Part shown: positions 1-12,715 of the stretch, one piece after another
Position numbering within the stretch: position 1 is the first letter of the stretch
Layout of the letters: each line of letters starts with the position of its first letter
The notes under the pieces: model-generated
The model's input: the letters and a program-made list of their open reading frames with translations, nothing else
What the model was told of the DNA's origin: nothing
Databases searched by the model: none
Made by a program: the position numbers and the translations under genes
From: Cystobasidiomycetes sp. EMM_F5
Lineage: Eukaryota
Length of the DNA stretch: 64,000 bases
Direction of reading: 5' to 3'
Assembly: GCA_051047955.1 (NCBI GenBank)
Contig: JBPGPT010000019.1
Location: 62,001-126,000 of the forward strand

Positions 1-63
1 CTCGACGCCATCTGTCGCCAGCGGTACCAGCGGAAACAGAAGCGACGAGGACGAGGAGACCAT
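1..63 (-). CDS. RAM1: 5' end of a second protein farnesyltransferase beta-subunit gene (continues off the left edge)
   Basis: ATG at 63 reads MVSSSSSLLFPLVPLATDGVE; 58/63 nt identical to 19269-19331 (MASSSSSLLFPLVPLPTDGVE). Whether this copy is complete cannot be seen. Confidence 0.85.
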   Translation of the reverse strand, partial: MVSSSSSLLFPLVPLATDGVE

Positions 64-248
64 GGAATGATGCGGACTGTAGCAAAGATATGCAATGTAG
101 GACAGAAACGTCCAGCAGGGTCAAGGCAGCTCAAAACGCAGTCCTACGTGCCAACAAAGCCCGCTGATCGGCCGCAATGACCTTTTGTTCCACAAGAGCA
201 AGTTGAAAGCGTGCACCGGGAGAAAGTCTTCAAGGTCGTCTTACAGCA
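1..248. repeat. Direct repeat, left copy (RAM1 5' coding sequence plus upstream region), pairs with 19269-19523
   Basis: Colinear match by eye, e.g. catggaatgatgcggactgtagca, caatgtaggacagaaacgtccagca, ccaacaaagcccgctgatcgg, gcaatgaccttttgttccac; similarity fades after ttacagca. Confidence 0.95.
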
Positions 249-433
249 TAATTAGCACTGATAAATGGACTGGCTGTTGCAATAACAGAACTTGTCAAAT
301 GTGACTGGAGTTGCGCGTTTCCTCGCCTAATCCTTGATACAATCTGACAAGGTCCACAAGCGCAACGAAGGCTGCCTTCTGGGCTAATGCCTTGTTCTTG
401 CCCGTATAAGATTGTGACTTGCGAAACTAAAAG

Positions 434-650
434 TCAGATGCAGCCGCGACTTACGATGTATGCTGCTTGTGTCGGTTGACTGCTCGAAATCATTAGACGT
501 TCGTCCCATGTGATATATCTGGCACGTATGCAATAACATTCAAAGCTTCTGACTTTCTTGAAGGGTAGAGCGGACCCCGTTGACACCGTATTGTCGAAAG
601 CCATCCCACCGTAACGAAGCCTGCGAGTTAAAATGCCACTCATCGTCGTT
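434..650 (-). pseudogene. Inverted fragment of the cyclase-family gene at 3169-4462 (parts of two exons, the intervening intron and the next donor site)
   Basis: Reverse complement matches 3583-3798 with about 8/75 and 6/64 mismatches in the exon parts. Reads NDDEWHFNSQASLRWDGFRQYGVNG versus NDDEWHFNSQASSQWDGFRHYGVNG. No start or remaining exons. Confidence 0.85.
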
Positions 651-708
651 GTTAACGACCTCTCGTCCACATAATCTTACACGACATTGACAATGATTGA
701 CAATGGAG

Positions 709-2697
709 TCAACCGGAATATCTAAAATACCTATTCTGCTTGTCTGTGAGGTCCTGGAGACCGGTCGCCATCAAAATTTCCGCAGTAGGTACGTCTTCTG
801 CCAAAGTCGTAAGCTTATCGCGTCGGCGGTTTTCTGCAGCAGTCACGAAGTAGAAGGTAAGATATGTCGCTAGAAGTACCACTTGACATATGAGGACCGT
901 GAGAATGCCAGTTTGGTATCGAGGAGCCTCCCGGGAGAGGAAAGCTTGTGGTAAGCAGATATTGGAAACGCAATCTGGTTGCCAAAACATAAGCAGACAG
1001 TCTGCTCGCTATGGATCTCACTCACAACCCAAGAATACCATGGATATGACAGTCTGCCTCTTCGTAGCCCCTGTTATGTTTTGCCCAATCAAGCCGAGAA
1101 TTTGTCCATCTAAGTAAAGTGTCAATGATTTAAACGTCGCTGGATGTTGAAGCCATCAAGGAACGCTTACAGCCACTTCCAACGGCGTTCAATAGCGTAA
1201 TAAATACTGTCAGAAGCACTCTGTTCTCGTTGACGCCAGTTGGGGTAGTGTACAATACCGCGCCGGATGCCACAACGACACAGGTAACGCCAGCTAACAG
1301 CCACTGCGATGCGACGATGTAAGCCGGATGTAAGCCGGAAATGCTCTTTGCATATTTACCGTCTTTCTGTTTCTCCAGAACCGAGTTCTACTGGCCAAAG
1401 ACCCTATTGTAATGACTGTGATAGTCGCAACTGCCCAGGCGGGAATTTGTAGCAGCAAAGCCTTCAACTGTGTATATCCGAAGCCCTTGATGACAAGACC
1501 AGAGAAGTTGCTGAACAAAGACACTCCTGTCTGTTGCGTCATCATCATAAGAACAATCCTGCAGCGGAACTCGTTCAGAAAGGTTGGCAACTATCAGGTA
1601 TACGTTAACTCACATCCAAGCCTTAGGATCGGTAATGGCTTCCCAGACCTGCTCTTTTTTGAAGTGGGTCTCTTTTGTCCCTACCTGTGACTTCGCAATG
1701 CGTGCGACGGCGATTGCGCGTTGCCGCTCATTGAGCCACCACGTCTGACCTGGCCTGTCCGGTAGGTATATGAAGAGGAATCCCCCAATGACGACAGTAC
1801 ACGCTCCCAGAAGCACGAAAATATAGCGCCAATTTTGGAGAGCCGGATTCGCAATCGTGCCGAATCCGTAGTAGATGAGCAGGAACGGGATAGGCAAAAT
1901 GGTGTTCGCCAAAGTCCAGAGAGCAAACCTCAAAGGTTGCTCTTTTTGTGTGTAAAACCTTGCAGTGGTCGTCGTAAAAGCCGGAGCCATAGGGGATTCA
2001 AGCAAGCCCAGGAGGAAACGGCAAGCCGCCAGGCCGCCAAAATTCGTAACGCCCTACGTATGGAACGTGTTTGTCAGCCGAAAGGTGCGTTGTGTCGGCA
2101 ATGTGCCGTAGATCGCGTACAATCATCCCGAACATAGTTGCAGACCAAAGAACAAAAGCTACACCGGTGAAACGACCCACGTGATATCTTTGCAGGATCA
2201 AATTCGACGGGTCTAAGGAGTACTTAGAGGAGAAGTCGTGTCCCAAGTATTTGCGATTATGACCCACATGTGCCAAGAAGCAGACCAAAATACTGTCTTT
2301 TAACGTCAGGTATACTTCGATGTTGTAGAGCAGCATTCGCATGACCTTACGTATATTGTGACGGCCCATGAGTAGTCGCTTCCGACCAGATTCAGGTCTT
2401 TGTTCAATGTTAGGGTAGCGGCCGCACCAAGGCCTGATTTGTCTACAAGCTGAAAGCCACTACCGAGTGCCATAAGAGGCAGCAGGATCAAGTCCATTCT
2501 CCGGACGACTCTCCGCTCTTCTTCCGCTGTATAATGCAAATCTTGTCTGCGAGGATTTGAAGTCAGCGACCGCATTGCTATTGCACCGTTGCAGAACATA
2601 GATTTTACCCTTGCAGGGCTTGAGCATCTGCTGCATGCACATCGGCAAGAGGCGTTGGATCAACGGAAGTATGGTCGTCGCCCTTCCGTTCCGCCAT
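709..2697 (-). CDS. MFS transporter, allantoate permease (Dal5)-like anion:cation symporter; multi-exon
   Basis: YTAEEERRVVRRMDLILLPLM..QLVDKSGLG; FYTQKEQPLRFALW; WRYIFVLLGACT..YLPDRP..WWLNERQR; C-terminal AENRRRD..DLTDKQNRYFRY. Confidence 0.9.
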
Positions 2698-3168
2698 GCT
2701 GTAGGAAACGCCGTCCTTGAGTGAATCTGCCATTCCGTCTTGCGTTCGTGACGTTGTTAGAACTCGAGGAGGATCAGCAGGTAGAAGGATGTGAGCACCA
2801 CTGCAATGTCAGAGGAGGTAACGCATATGGCTTTTGTGAGCTGCATTGCAGTCCGGCTTTCATTCCGGGCGGTCAGGCACCTTCTACATATTATATACGC
2901 GCATATTGGTTGATGCTCACCGGTACCGGCAGCCGGAGGCTCGGACCATATGCCGTCCGCCAATGCTCGGAGCCTACTGCTGACGGAGTTGCCTATGTGC
3001 AAGTTTGTTGCGCGCATATCAGCAGGGATCCGGATTGACAGCTCGCACAGGCTTTCGCATTACCGTACAAGACTTTAAGTTGTCGAGCCACCTGCACCTG
3101 CTATGCTATCTTGCGCGCAGCTCTTGCAATATCTTACTTAGTCTGCTCATCGGGGAACAGTTGGCACG

Positions 3169-4462
3169 ATGCTGACAGTACCACAATACTATGATCTCAC
3201 TACCGACAAGCGGGGACCACCGGTACGGCCCTAGACAGAAGATTCAGCAGATCAGTGAGGACTAATCGCTGACTGCGCGCTGGCTTTGCGTGACCAGGGC
3301 AATGCTTGGGGCGTTTTCGGGCAACAAGACGATTTGGGTACCCTAGTACGGCCGTGCTGCGCTCGCACAGGAAGGAGACGGCTTCTGACAGTCTGCGCTG
3401 CACGCAAACCCTGACGATGACAGAATCACATCGACGACCAAGTCGTCAAGCATGCTGCGAGAAGCGAGATCCAAACGGGCCACCGAATCTCTTTAAGCCT
3501 TCCGATGGACTTTTTGCATCGCTGTGCGCCTGGACGAACTCCCTTCTCGAAGGTCACCATTTCCCGGGCCCCGAGAACCGTCAACGATGACGAGTGGCAT
3601 TTCAATTCGCAGGCATCGTCACAGTGGGATGGCTTTCGACACTACGGTGTCAACGGGGTGCGCTCATCCTTCAGGGAAACCAGAACCTTAGACGTTGATG
3701 CATTCGTGACCAGATGTATTACATGGGACGAACGTCCGATGATTTCGAGCAGTCGACCGACACAAGCAGTATACATCGTAAGTCGCTGCTGCATCTAATT
3801 CCTCCCCTTTGCTAAACGAGTAGTGCTCATGCAGATTTCAAGAACAGACTAGTCGGCCGCGGCGTCCTCGTAGACTGGTACTCGTGGTCACGACAGAACG
3901 GCAGCATAACACAGTTTCACGTACCGAACAACCCTAGTCATGTCTACAGTATCTCGGTTTCAGACATGATTGCAGTCCTCGATTGGCAGGGCACTGTCGT
4001 CAAGAATGGCGATATCCTCATTTTGAGGACGGGATGGTTAACACAGTATCGAGCGATGACTCTTGAAGCGCTTGACGAATACCACAAGCGCAAAGACCGA
4101 CAATGCACGATTGGGGCCGAGTTCAGCGAGGACTTGATGCGATGGCTCTGGGCGAGTCGGATTGCTTGCGTGGCATCCGACAACAAAAGCTTTGAAGCTT
4201 GGACGCCGGATGAACCTGGCATGCGGTTTCATGGTATGCTCATCCTGACGGTGCCAAGAACGTCGCATTGATGTTGAATGTTGATTTTACGCTAGAACGC
4301 GCGCTCGCAGGCTGGGGCATGCCCATTGGCGAGCTGTTTGACCTGGACGATTTGTCACAGCATTGCCGCAAGATCGCTCGGTATACCTTTTTCTTTTGCA
4401 GCATTGTCGTGGATGTTCGAGGGGCCGTCGCAAGTCCAGCTAATACCATAGCCATCTTCTAG
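3169..4462 (+). CDS. Cyclase-family (PF04199; kynurenine formamidase/isatin hydrolase-like) metal-dependent hydrolase, copy 1
   Basis: Spliced: GPP/GNAWGVFGQQDDLGTL; NDDEWHFNSQASSQWDGFRHY; LVGRGVLVDW; GDILILRTGW; VASDNKSFEAW; LAGWGMPIGELFDL; GAVASPANTIAIF*. Confidence 0.9.
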
Positions 4463-4889
4463 TAGTCAAGAGAGCATGCCCTCCTCGGCGCCGGATAAAA
4501 TGCATGTTCTTGCCAGGCGTGGACAAAGTTAGGCCAGAGGTGCGCTGCCTGCAAGTATGACTGGCAGTCCGTAAGTTGATGCTTTTGGCAAATGGGGCCA
4601 AAGCCGTCACCAGAAGTGTTAACAGTAAGCGCTTGAGTTCGTTCTGCAAGCCTCATGTGTGTTCTGCTACAGTCTCGTTTAACGAGATTTGCGAGATTGC
4701 GTCAAATCTTAGGGATACTAACGAAGACCACGGCCTGTAATCATAGTGACTAATGTTACGTTATGACTCTTGAGCTTCATCACCAGCACCAATGATAGAG
4801 TCTGAGCCAAATCGCAGTTCGGGAGCCGGTGTTAATGCTATTGCACGTAGATTGCAGCGACGCGCACCGTACAGAGCACTAATACAGCG

Positions 4890-6403
4890 TCATACCACGC
4901 GACTCGATGGCTGCCCACCCTCGACCATTTCCATCATGTAATCACACATCACTTTGCAGGTGTGGTCTCTGATCTCTTCGGGTGCTGCTCCAATGTGAGG
5001 CGATGCAACCAGCCTATCAGACGCTAGACGCCGCCCGTAATGCTCAATCGTCGGTGGCTCGACCTCCCAGGCGTCGATCCCCGCGCCTGCGATGGTACCG
5101 ACCTCGAGTGCCTCCAGGAGACTGAGAAGGCGAATGCAAGACCGCCATTAGCAATGAGATCTATCAGGCACTCTAGATAACCATCACGTACTCGTTCTCG
5201 TCGATAATTCCGCCGCGAGCAGTGTTGATGACGATCGCGGTTGGCCGCATGCTGCGAAATTCTTTCGCTGAAATGAGGCCCCGCGTACTGTCAAGCAGTG
5301 GAACATGCACGGATATGATGTCGCAAGCGGGGAGCATTTCCTCCAAAGAAAGCACGCGGGTATGGCGAATCGCCTTCCAAGGCTCCAGCGGAAGGTATGG
5401 ATCATACCTATACGGTGCCAGTACAGCGCGTCAACCGTAGCGCAGGTATTCCGAGCAGAGTAAGCAATGCTTACACCAGGATGTTACACGCAAAAGCACC
5501 TTGCATCATCTTTGCGTACATTTGACCAATGTTGCCTCCGCCAATGAGGCCCAACTGACAAAGTTACGGAAGTCAGTCAGCTTGCGCGCGCGGTCCGTCT
5601 GTCCAAGGATGGCTCACCGTCTTCCCTGTAAGTAAGACGCCCCTCTGACCGATGGCTTTCTGCACCGTGTCACCTGCCTTGATGCGTCTGTCGATCAATG
5701 ATAGCTGACGAGCGACAGTACAGGTCAAAGACATGGCAACTTCGGCTACGGCGACCGCCTAGATGGGCAGGCAATGTTCGTCAGGCCAAAGAGCACATTT
5801 AAGCTGGTTCTCTTCTACTCACGTTGACGCCTGGGCAATTCGTGACTATTATACCGCGTTCCTTTGCAGCCTCGACCGCTATTTTGTCATATCCAACGCC
5901 ATGCCGGGAGATGAACTTGAGCTTGGGACACTGAGCAATGTCTTGGGCGGTTACGCTGCTGGAGCCAACAAGAAGACCCTCCTGTGATCAGACACAAGCC
6001 TCCGTCAGCTACGCAGCCGTGTAGGACAGGCGACGAGAAGGCTCACCGCGTCTGTCCTCCAATTCTCCCAACCTGGATCGCCCGGTCCAACGAGCTCGAA
6101 CAACGAGCGTGCGTACGCCATGCCAGCTGGGGTAAACTTATCCAGCGCAAAGATCCGTGGCTTGTCACTTGTCGACGTAGCAATCACACCATGCGGGGCA
6201 GGGCGAATCCTCGGTCAGCTCGAACGAACGAACGGGCGGACGCGGGGCACGTATGCCCCAAGGATGAATCTGTCTCACGTATTACCAATGCTGCTCGTCG
6301 TTGCAGGCTTGCTGTTGCGTTTGGCGAAGTTGGCCACATGTCCATGACCATTTGCTCCATGTCCGTTCGGCGCACTCTGGACCGGCTTGTCGACACAAAT
6401 CAT
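4890..6403 (-). CDS. D-isomer-specific 2-hydroxyacid dehydrogenase (phosphoglycerate dehydrogenase/glyoxylate reductase-like)
   Basis: VGLIGGGNIG Rossmann motif; CDIISVHVPLLDSTRGLI; VINTARGGIIDE; AGIDAWEVEPP; ASPHIGA. Start inferred at acaaccATG (6403), followed by an intron. Confidence 0.9.
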
Positions 6404-7365
6404 GGTTGTTGCTCAAGGTGAAAACTTTGCTACGCGAATGATTGCTTGCTATGCTTCAAAGAGGTGGTTACGGTTACCAGCTTCCGTACAGATCAGCGAG
6501 CCCAACGACGACAGCGAAGTAGGAAAAGGTCAGGAGTGTTCGGGAACAGGCCTCTGCGTTGCCGGACTCCGGATCTTGCTGTCAGTAGACTGCATCACCC
6601 GCATGTTCACTGACGGAGGTCAACTGCGCGTCTCAAGCGGGTTGCCACCCGAACTGCCCAGGCATCCGGTCCTGGTCGAGGCGGGCAAACGGGTGCTGCG
6701 GCCACAGCACGGCATCATCGACTGCCTGACGCGCAGTAGTGAGGCCGTCGAAGTGGACAGGGACATCGGACGTCGTGAGCGTTGCCGCCGTTTTTTCTGC
6801 GGGGGGTCAATCCGATGAACGATGTGCGGAGATCAAGGCTTGCTAGCCTGCCCATCAGCGCTGTTACCTGCAGCCGTCCAAGCATGAACCCAATTCGAGC
6901 CAAACTACACTCGAAACAAAAGTCTCGACCTTGACTTTGTCTTTGCTAACAACGCTGAGCGCCTTGGGGCTGTCAGTCCCATCAAGCTAATCGCGCTATG
7001 CCGTTGTCCTCAGGGCTGGACTTGCGTGCAATCATGACAGCAAATCTCCCGCAATGCCAGTGCGGCATGGTACACTTGAACATCCCTTCAGCTGTGCCTT
7101 ACTTTCTCCCACTACACATAGCATGACTGACGGATGACGCTGTCTATCGGTCCAGCTGAAAGCTTTGTGTTGATCTAGAATTGCGGACCGTGATGAACTT
7201 TCTCAAGCGTATACCAGCCAGATACATCCTGAACGAGCCAACGGTGCCCGGTACCCGTGCACGGAGGTGTTGTGTGCGAAAGATGAACAAGACGGCACGA
7301 ATTGCGCAGACGCTGTTGACATACGCGGCCGGACTCGTCGAATGGTGTCGCAGAGACAAATTGTA

Positions 7366-8982
7366 CTACAGCACAGCGAGAGCATTCGCAGTGCTAGCGA
7401 CCCCTTTCGGAATGTTGAGCGGTGCAGCGGAAAACGCAAAGCTATACTTGCGGTGCTTGTGGCACTCCTCTGCCAGGTGTTCGAGGTCAAGCAACTCCAT
7501 TATGGGACAGCCCCAGCCAGCCAGTAGCACTTCGTGCAGACTTGTTCCTGCACGCTGCTTGGGTGGCCATGCCTCAAAAGCATTGGTGTCCCCGCCCACA
7601 ACCGAGAAGGACCGTTCCCAGAGCCAGCGAAGCGTTTTATCGCTTCCTTCGAGTCCTATGAAAGACCGGACTGTTCTCTGGCCCAAGGCCTGTTGCTCTT
7701 CCTCGCTCAATTGCTTATACTGCTTCGTAAAGCCGAAGCGGACCAGCAGTATATCGCCCACCTCGAACTGAATGCCTGGTCAGAATGAAGCACATGGGGT
7801 AGTTGAGACAGTGTAGATGGCGAGGCGGGATGAACAGCATTCAGTCGGTGCCCAGGCGTCCGCTCGGCTACCCACACGGCGACACGGGCTGCGCGATGCA
7901 CATCATCATTCACCTTGAGCAGATACCACCGCTTCGAGCTCGTCTACCGTGACACTCTGCGTCGAAAAGGCGTGTATGCTGATCCCCTGCCGCTCTGCCC
8001 AGCGAGCGTAGTCCAGAAGTACGCCGCGCCCAAAGATGCCTTTCCGTGCTTGATCTACGCGGAAAATGGTCATGATTTGCTAGCGAGCCAGCTGGCCGAC
8101 GTCATGAAGCCTTCAACACTACTCACTGGTAATGTCTAGTGCAAAGCCAGCGTCAGGTCCGGTAAAGTCCTTCTGTGTCTTGCCCATGTAGTACCTAAGA
8201 TGGCAAGACAGTAAGCCCACCGAGACCTGCTGTTGGAGAGATCGCGATAGTACTTACTGCAGCGTATCCTGGTACGGATAATGCCGCAGACCATCCATTT
8301 GGCTGGACGATTGCGTGTTTATGCTCACCTGCACGAAGACATGCACGGATCGTGCGAGCACACCGCAGACAATGTCAGTCAAGCCTCGCTACGTCCCTGA
8401 CGCCGAAATTGCGAACCTCGTCGTCGTTACAGTGACTGAACAGAATTGTGAAGACGGGTGCCGCACTCAATCGGATTAGCGTCATGCACGAGCGGGCTTC
8501 ACGTTGATACCACATACCCTCGATTCAGGATCTCATGCCCAAACTTGCGTCTAGCCGGGTTTAGTGGAGTAGGAGTATTCAAAGGCAGGCTAAAAGCAAC
8601 AACAATGCCGTAAGCCAAATTCGGGCTGCTCCGTTGATTGACGCAGAGGTAGTCGTAAGGCAGCGATTGCGTCAGAGGAGGAATGGCACACGGGGAACAC
8701 GTAGGCCTCGTCAACATGTCCCGTTCGTCGCAGAACGTTCACGCCGCGGTGTAGGGAACGTCGCGACTTCCATATATATATCGCGGAGCGGAACTCCACC
8801 CTAGCTTACTTGAGCGGACAGACTATGCCGTATTTGACCACTTGCGCCGCTGCTTTTGCCGTACTTTCGTTGAGCAAGTTCAGAGTCCCGAGCTCATCGT
8901 CGTCTCCCCACACGCCCCAGGCCGACCTGCGCGGATCTCCGCTTCGATATGGCAAATCATCGAAGTTGACAGGGCCCATCAT
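7366..8982 (-). CDS. Cyclase-family (PF04199) metal-dependent hydrolase, copy 2
   Basis: SAWGVWGDDDELGTLNLL; INTQSSSQMDGLRHY; GDILLVRFGF; VGGDTNAFEAWP; LHEVLLAGWGCPIMELLDL; GVASTANALAVL*. Confidence 0.9.
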
Positions 8983-9480
8983 GATAACTCGCGGACTACA
9001 GACCGGCAATCGTTGACGGATGTAAGTCTACGATGATTTGCACGAATTGAGTCTTCATTAATCGTTACGTAACTGCACAATGTGGGCGGCCGTGACATAC
9101 CGGGTCAGACAGACTCAAAATCGTCGCAGGATCACGTCCTTGGCGGGCGGACTGACGAATCGCTCTTCATACACACAGGGCCGACCTGAGAGATTGCTGC
9201 CGCAGGTCAACTCCCACGACACTGACGAGATCCGGCTGAGCCCATCGAGCCATGCCGTTTTACCTCACGGCATGTTGCTCCGGGCTCGTCGATTTTCCAT
9301 CCCGGCTTACTCTCCTGCCTAGAAGACCGGGGCGAATGCAGATGCACGCGAGTAGAGGCGCCCCGCTGCTACGGTTTCCTTTCTTTCCACACAATAGAAC
9401 AGAACAAAAGAACCGACCGTTCTTACCCTTTCAACCATTGCCCCGCATCCCTCTTCGCTCAAAATCAGCTGGCTACGACA

Positions 9481-11828
9481 ATGGCAAACACCCATGGCGA
9501 CATCGAAAAGTCGTCCATTGGAGAGAGCAAGGACGTTTACATTCACAACTACAAGGACGAAAATTCGCACCCAGAGCATGTTACTCAAGTCGAAGCTCGC
9601 CTCTCGGAATACGCCAAGCATATGTGTGTAGCTTCTGCGTCCTCTGACTGCACACCAGTTTCGCTAACGAGCCTCTACACTGCCCTTTACACTCGTCAGC
9701 GATGACATCGAGTTTACGGAAGAAGAGTCGAGACGTGTTGGACGCAAGATGGACATCAATCTGATGGCCTTGCTGCTTGGTCTTCAGATCAGCTTCTACG
9801 TAAGCCTAGATGAACCGTCGGTCCGTGCGGGTGTGCTTTCAGCTTTCTGACGCTTCGTCATCAGTTGGACAAGTCCAACATTGGCAATGCCAATACCGCC
9901 GGAATGAGCGTAGCGCTTGGACTCACTAGTGCTCAGTATACTGCACTCCTCACAATCTTCTACTGCGTGTACCTCTGCTTCCAATGGGTATGTGTCTGAG
10001 TTCGCCTCCACGACCAGTCGCTCATCTGGACCTCATTCGTGATATGCAGCAAGTCGTTCTCTTCAAGGTGTTTCCTGTTCATATCTGGGTTGCTTTCGCT
10101 GCCGTAGGCTGGGGAACTGCTTCCGTTGCACAAGTACGCGCTATTGATAGTCTTGGCGATCCGCACCTTTCTGAGCCATTCCCCACTTTTCACAGGCAGG
10201 CTGCCACAACTTCGCAGAGATCGTTGTGTGCCGAGTCCTTTTGGCCATTTTTGAAGCTGGTAGGTGACTTCGTCAATGCTCGCACGCCATCGAGTGTGGC
10301 CGGCTGAACTGTGGCTCGCTCGCTGCAGCTGTTGGGCCGGGTATTTCCTTGTACATTTCCATGATGTGGACTCGTGGAGAATACGGCTTCCGGTCAGCTA
10401 CATTACTGGAGTGTCGCACTTGAGGTACGGGGCTGAGAGACTTACGCAGATGGGCATTGTATCAGTGTGCCGCAGCACTCGGAAATTGCTTCGCTGGTGA
10501 GTGTCGTAGCACTTTGTGCTCCGAGAGATGCGAACTCAGTGCGAACGATTTTACGGCTACAGGTGCGCTTGCATATGGCTTGGTGCAGGCCAAGACCTCC
10601 CTTGCCCCGTGGAGACTAGTTTTTCGTGAGGAATGTCTTCGCAGGCGAAGATACTGGGAACTGATGAAAAATGCGCGTAACGACAGTGGTTGAGGGTCTT
10701 CCCACTCTCATCTTGGTACCTTTCCTGTTCTTCTGGCTGCCGGATGCTCCAGACAAATGCAGATGGTTCACAGAGCGTGAGAACCAAATCGCCAGAGCTA
10801 GGATTGAACGGAAAAGCGGCGATGCAAATGAGAAGCTCACCTTTGCGGGTTTGATTGAGTCTGCTCGGGATCCGTGGACGTGGTTTGCTGGTGAGTGATA
10901 CGAGATGGAGGCAGTCGCCGGAGTATGCACTGACTGTTGAGCGGGCAGGCGTCCTGCACTTTTTGGGCTCAACATCTTTCAATTCCATTGCCGTCTTCTG
11001 CAGCCAAATTGTGAAGGATATGGGATTCACCAGCATTAATGCGCAAGGTCTGCAAGCCCCGCCTTTCTTTATCGCTTTCGTTGTCGGCGTCGTAAGATAC
11101 AGCGTAATTATGGGCAACGAGACGCAGACTGACGTTGCTCCTGGCAGACGGCGGCGTACTTCAGTGATCGCGCGGGCAAAAGAGGGCCGTTTATCATTGT
11201 CGCTTCGATCTGTGGAGGTATCGGATACACTATATTGGTCGCGGTCCGCTCGTCGCAAGGAGCCAAGTACTTCGGAGTAATCCTCCTGGCATCTGGCGTA
11301 TATACTTCACAGCCCTTGATGTACGCGTGGTGCAGTAACAATGTCGCCACCAAGTCGAAGCGTGCTTTCGTGAGTAATGCTCGCGGCTTGAAGCAGGGAA
11401 GAGTAGCTGAGAATGCGGGCCCCCGTAGACAATGGCAATATTCTCGATAACTGGCCAATGCGGGTCAGTCCTTGGTACGAATGTTTACCCGAGTGCAGAC
11501 GGACCACTCTACATCAAGGGCAACTCTGTATGCGCTGGCGCATGCTACCTCACGGTCGTCATGACAATCGTCGGGATGCTGTATCTGCACAACAAGAACA
11601 AAAAGAAGGATGCGCTATACGGCAAGGTCAGCGCCTTCGATCTGTATGAACAATAACGAGGCCACGTCGCTGACAGAGCCGCTTTTCCCTCAGCCTGACC
11701 CCAATGCCGTTGTGGACGTCTCTATCCACGGAGAATCTAGTCCGCAATGGCGCTGTGAGTCGATTTCGCGTTGCCAACGTGGTCGTTTGCCAATCGAACT
11801 GACGCAATGCTGTCCAGTCATGCTGTAA
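9481..11828 (+). CDS. MFS transporter, Tna1/Dal5-like anion:cation symporter; multi-exon
   Basis: FTEEESRRVGRKMDINL; LDKSNIGNANTAGM..LGL..QY..LLTIFY; WLPDAPDKCRWFTERENQIA; AQGLQAPPF; GSVLGTNVYPSADGPLYIKG. Confidence 0.9.
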
Positions 11829-12510
11829 CTGCCTTGTCAGGCGTTGCCGTCGCAGTCAGTCAGTGCTGGTAAAGAATAAGTGCTACCAGTCTCAATTTCC
11901 AAACGCCAAGCAGCAACATATAAATCAGTCTTTAGCAGGGGAGGTTTGTCTGCGAAAGGCGAAAGGGAAACAGGTGCTATGTGTTTTTACGTCATTCGTT
12001 GTCTGGTCGAGCTGAGATGTGTATGTCAATGGTAATTTCGTGCGTCAACGTGGGCAAATGTGGTGCCTCAGCTTCGGAGACTACAGCCATCCCTAGACCT
12101 GTACGTTGTAAGTAAGCTGCGTACCACGTAATGCTGGCCGCAGCGGTAGCAACTGGGTGTCGTCCCATGCATTGGCTGATGCGGCCCGCCCCAGGTCCAG
12201 CTCTTGCAATTTGACTGCGACAAGGCGTGTCTATTAGGGTTGTCGCATATCGAAGACGGATTCTGGAGGGTGCCAGCATTGCGAACAACACAAAGTGACC
12301 TCTGCAGCCTCGACGAGGACCGCACTGTGTCCTTGAAAGCACTACCGCTATCGAAGATGTTATTCGGATCCGCCAGGCGCCCCCTGGGCTGCCTCCAGAA
12401 AATTTGAAGGTCGGACTACAATCTCCACAACGTCTTTGCAGTCGTCTGGCATGGCAGTTCTCCCGGTGGTGCTCTGTCGCCGTAGCTGATTGGCCAGAGC
12501 TGCAGCTAAC

Positions 12511-12603
12511 CCGGCATCCGCTGACCACGGTATAGTCCGGCATCCTTTCCTGCGGAGAGTGATGCCGGCGTCGGCAGATACCGTCTTGCTAGCCGCCATA
12601 TAA
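12511..12603 (+). promoter_or_regulatory. Candidate Zn2Cys6 binding array (three CCGGCATC) plus TATA-like box upstream of the aldolase
   Basis: CCGGCATC at 12511 and 12537, its reverse complement GATGCCGG at 12561, TATAA at 12599, ATG at 12716. Confidence 0.45.
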
Positions 12604-12715
12604 CAAGAATGTTTGGACAAACAACATTACCTCCATCCCGAGTTCTCGACAGCCGATCCCCCGAATTCTACATCGCGACAGCCAGCCCCTGTAGTCCAGC
12701 AGCAGACTTGAAAAC

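Noticed and set aside
6387..6903. GC-rich ORFs between the dehydrogenase and cyclase 2
   Set aside because: No recognisable motif or convincing gene structure; probably promoter sequence or an unidentifiable remnant.
10557..11258. Long antisense ORFs (also 25005-25622, 34379-34984, 53690-54391, 59269-59865)
   Set aside because: Shadows of real genes on the opposite strand.
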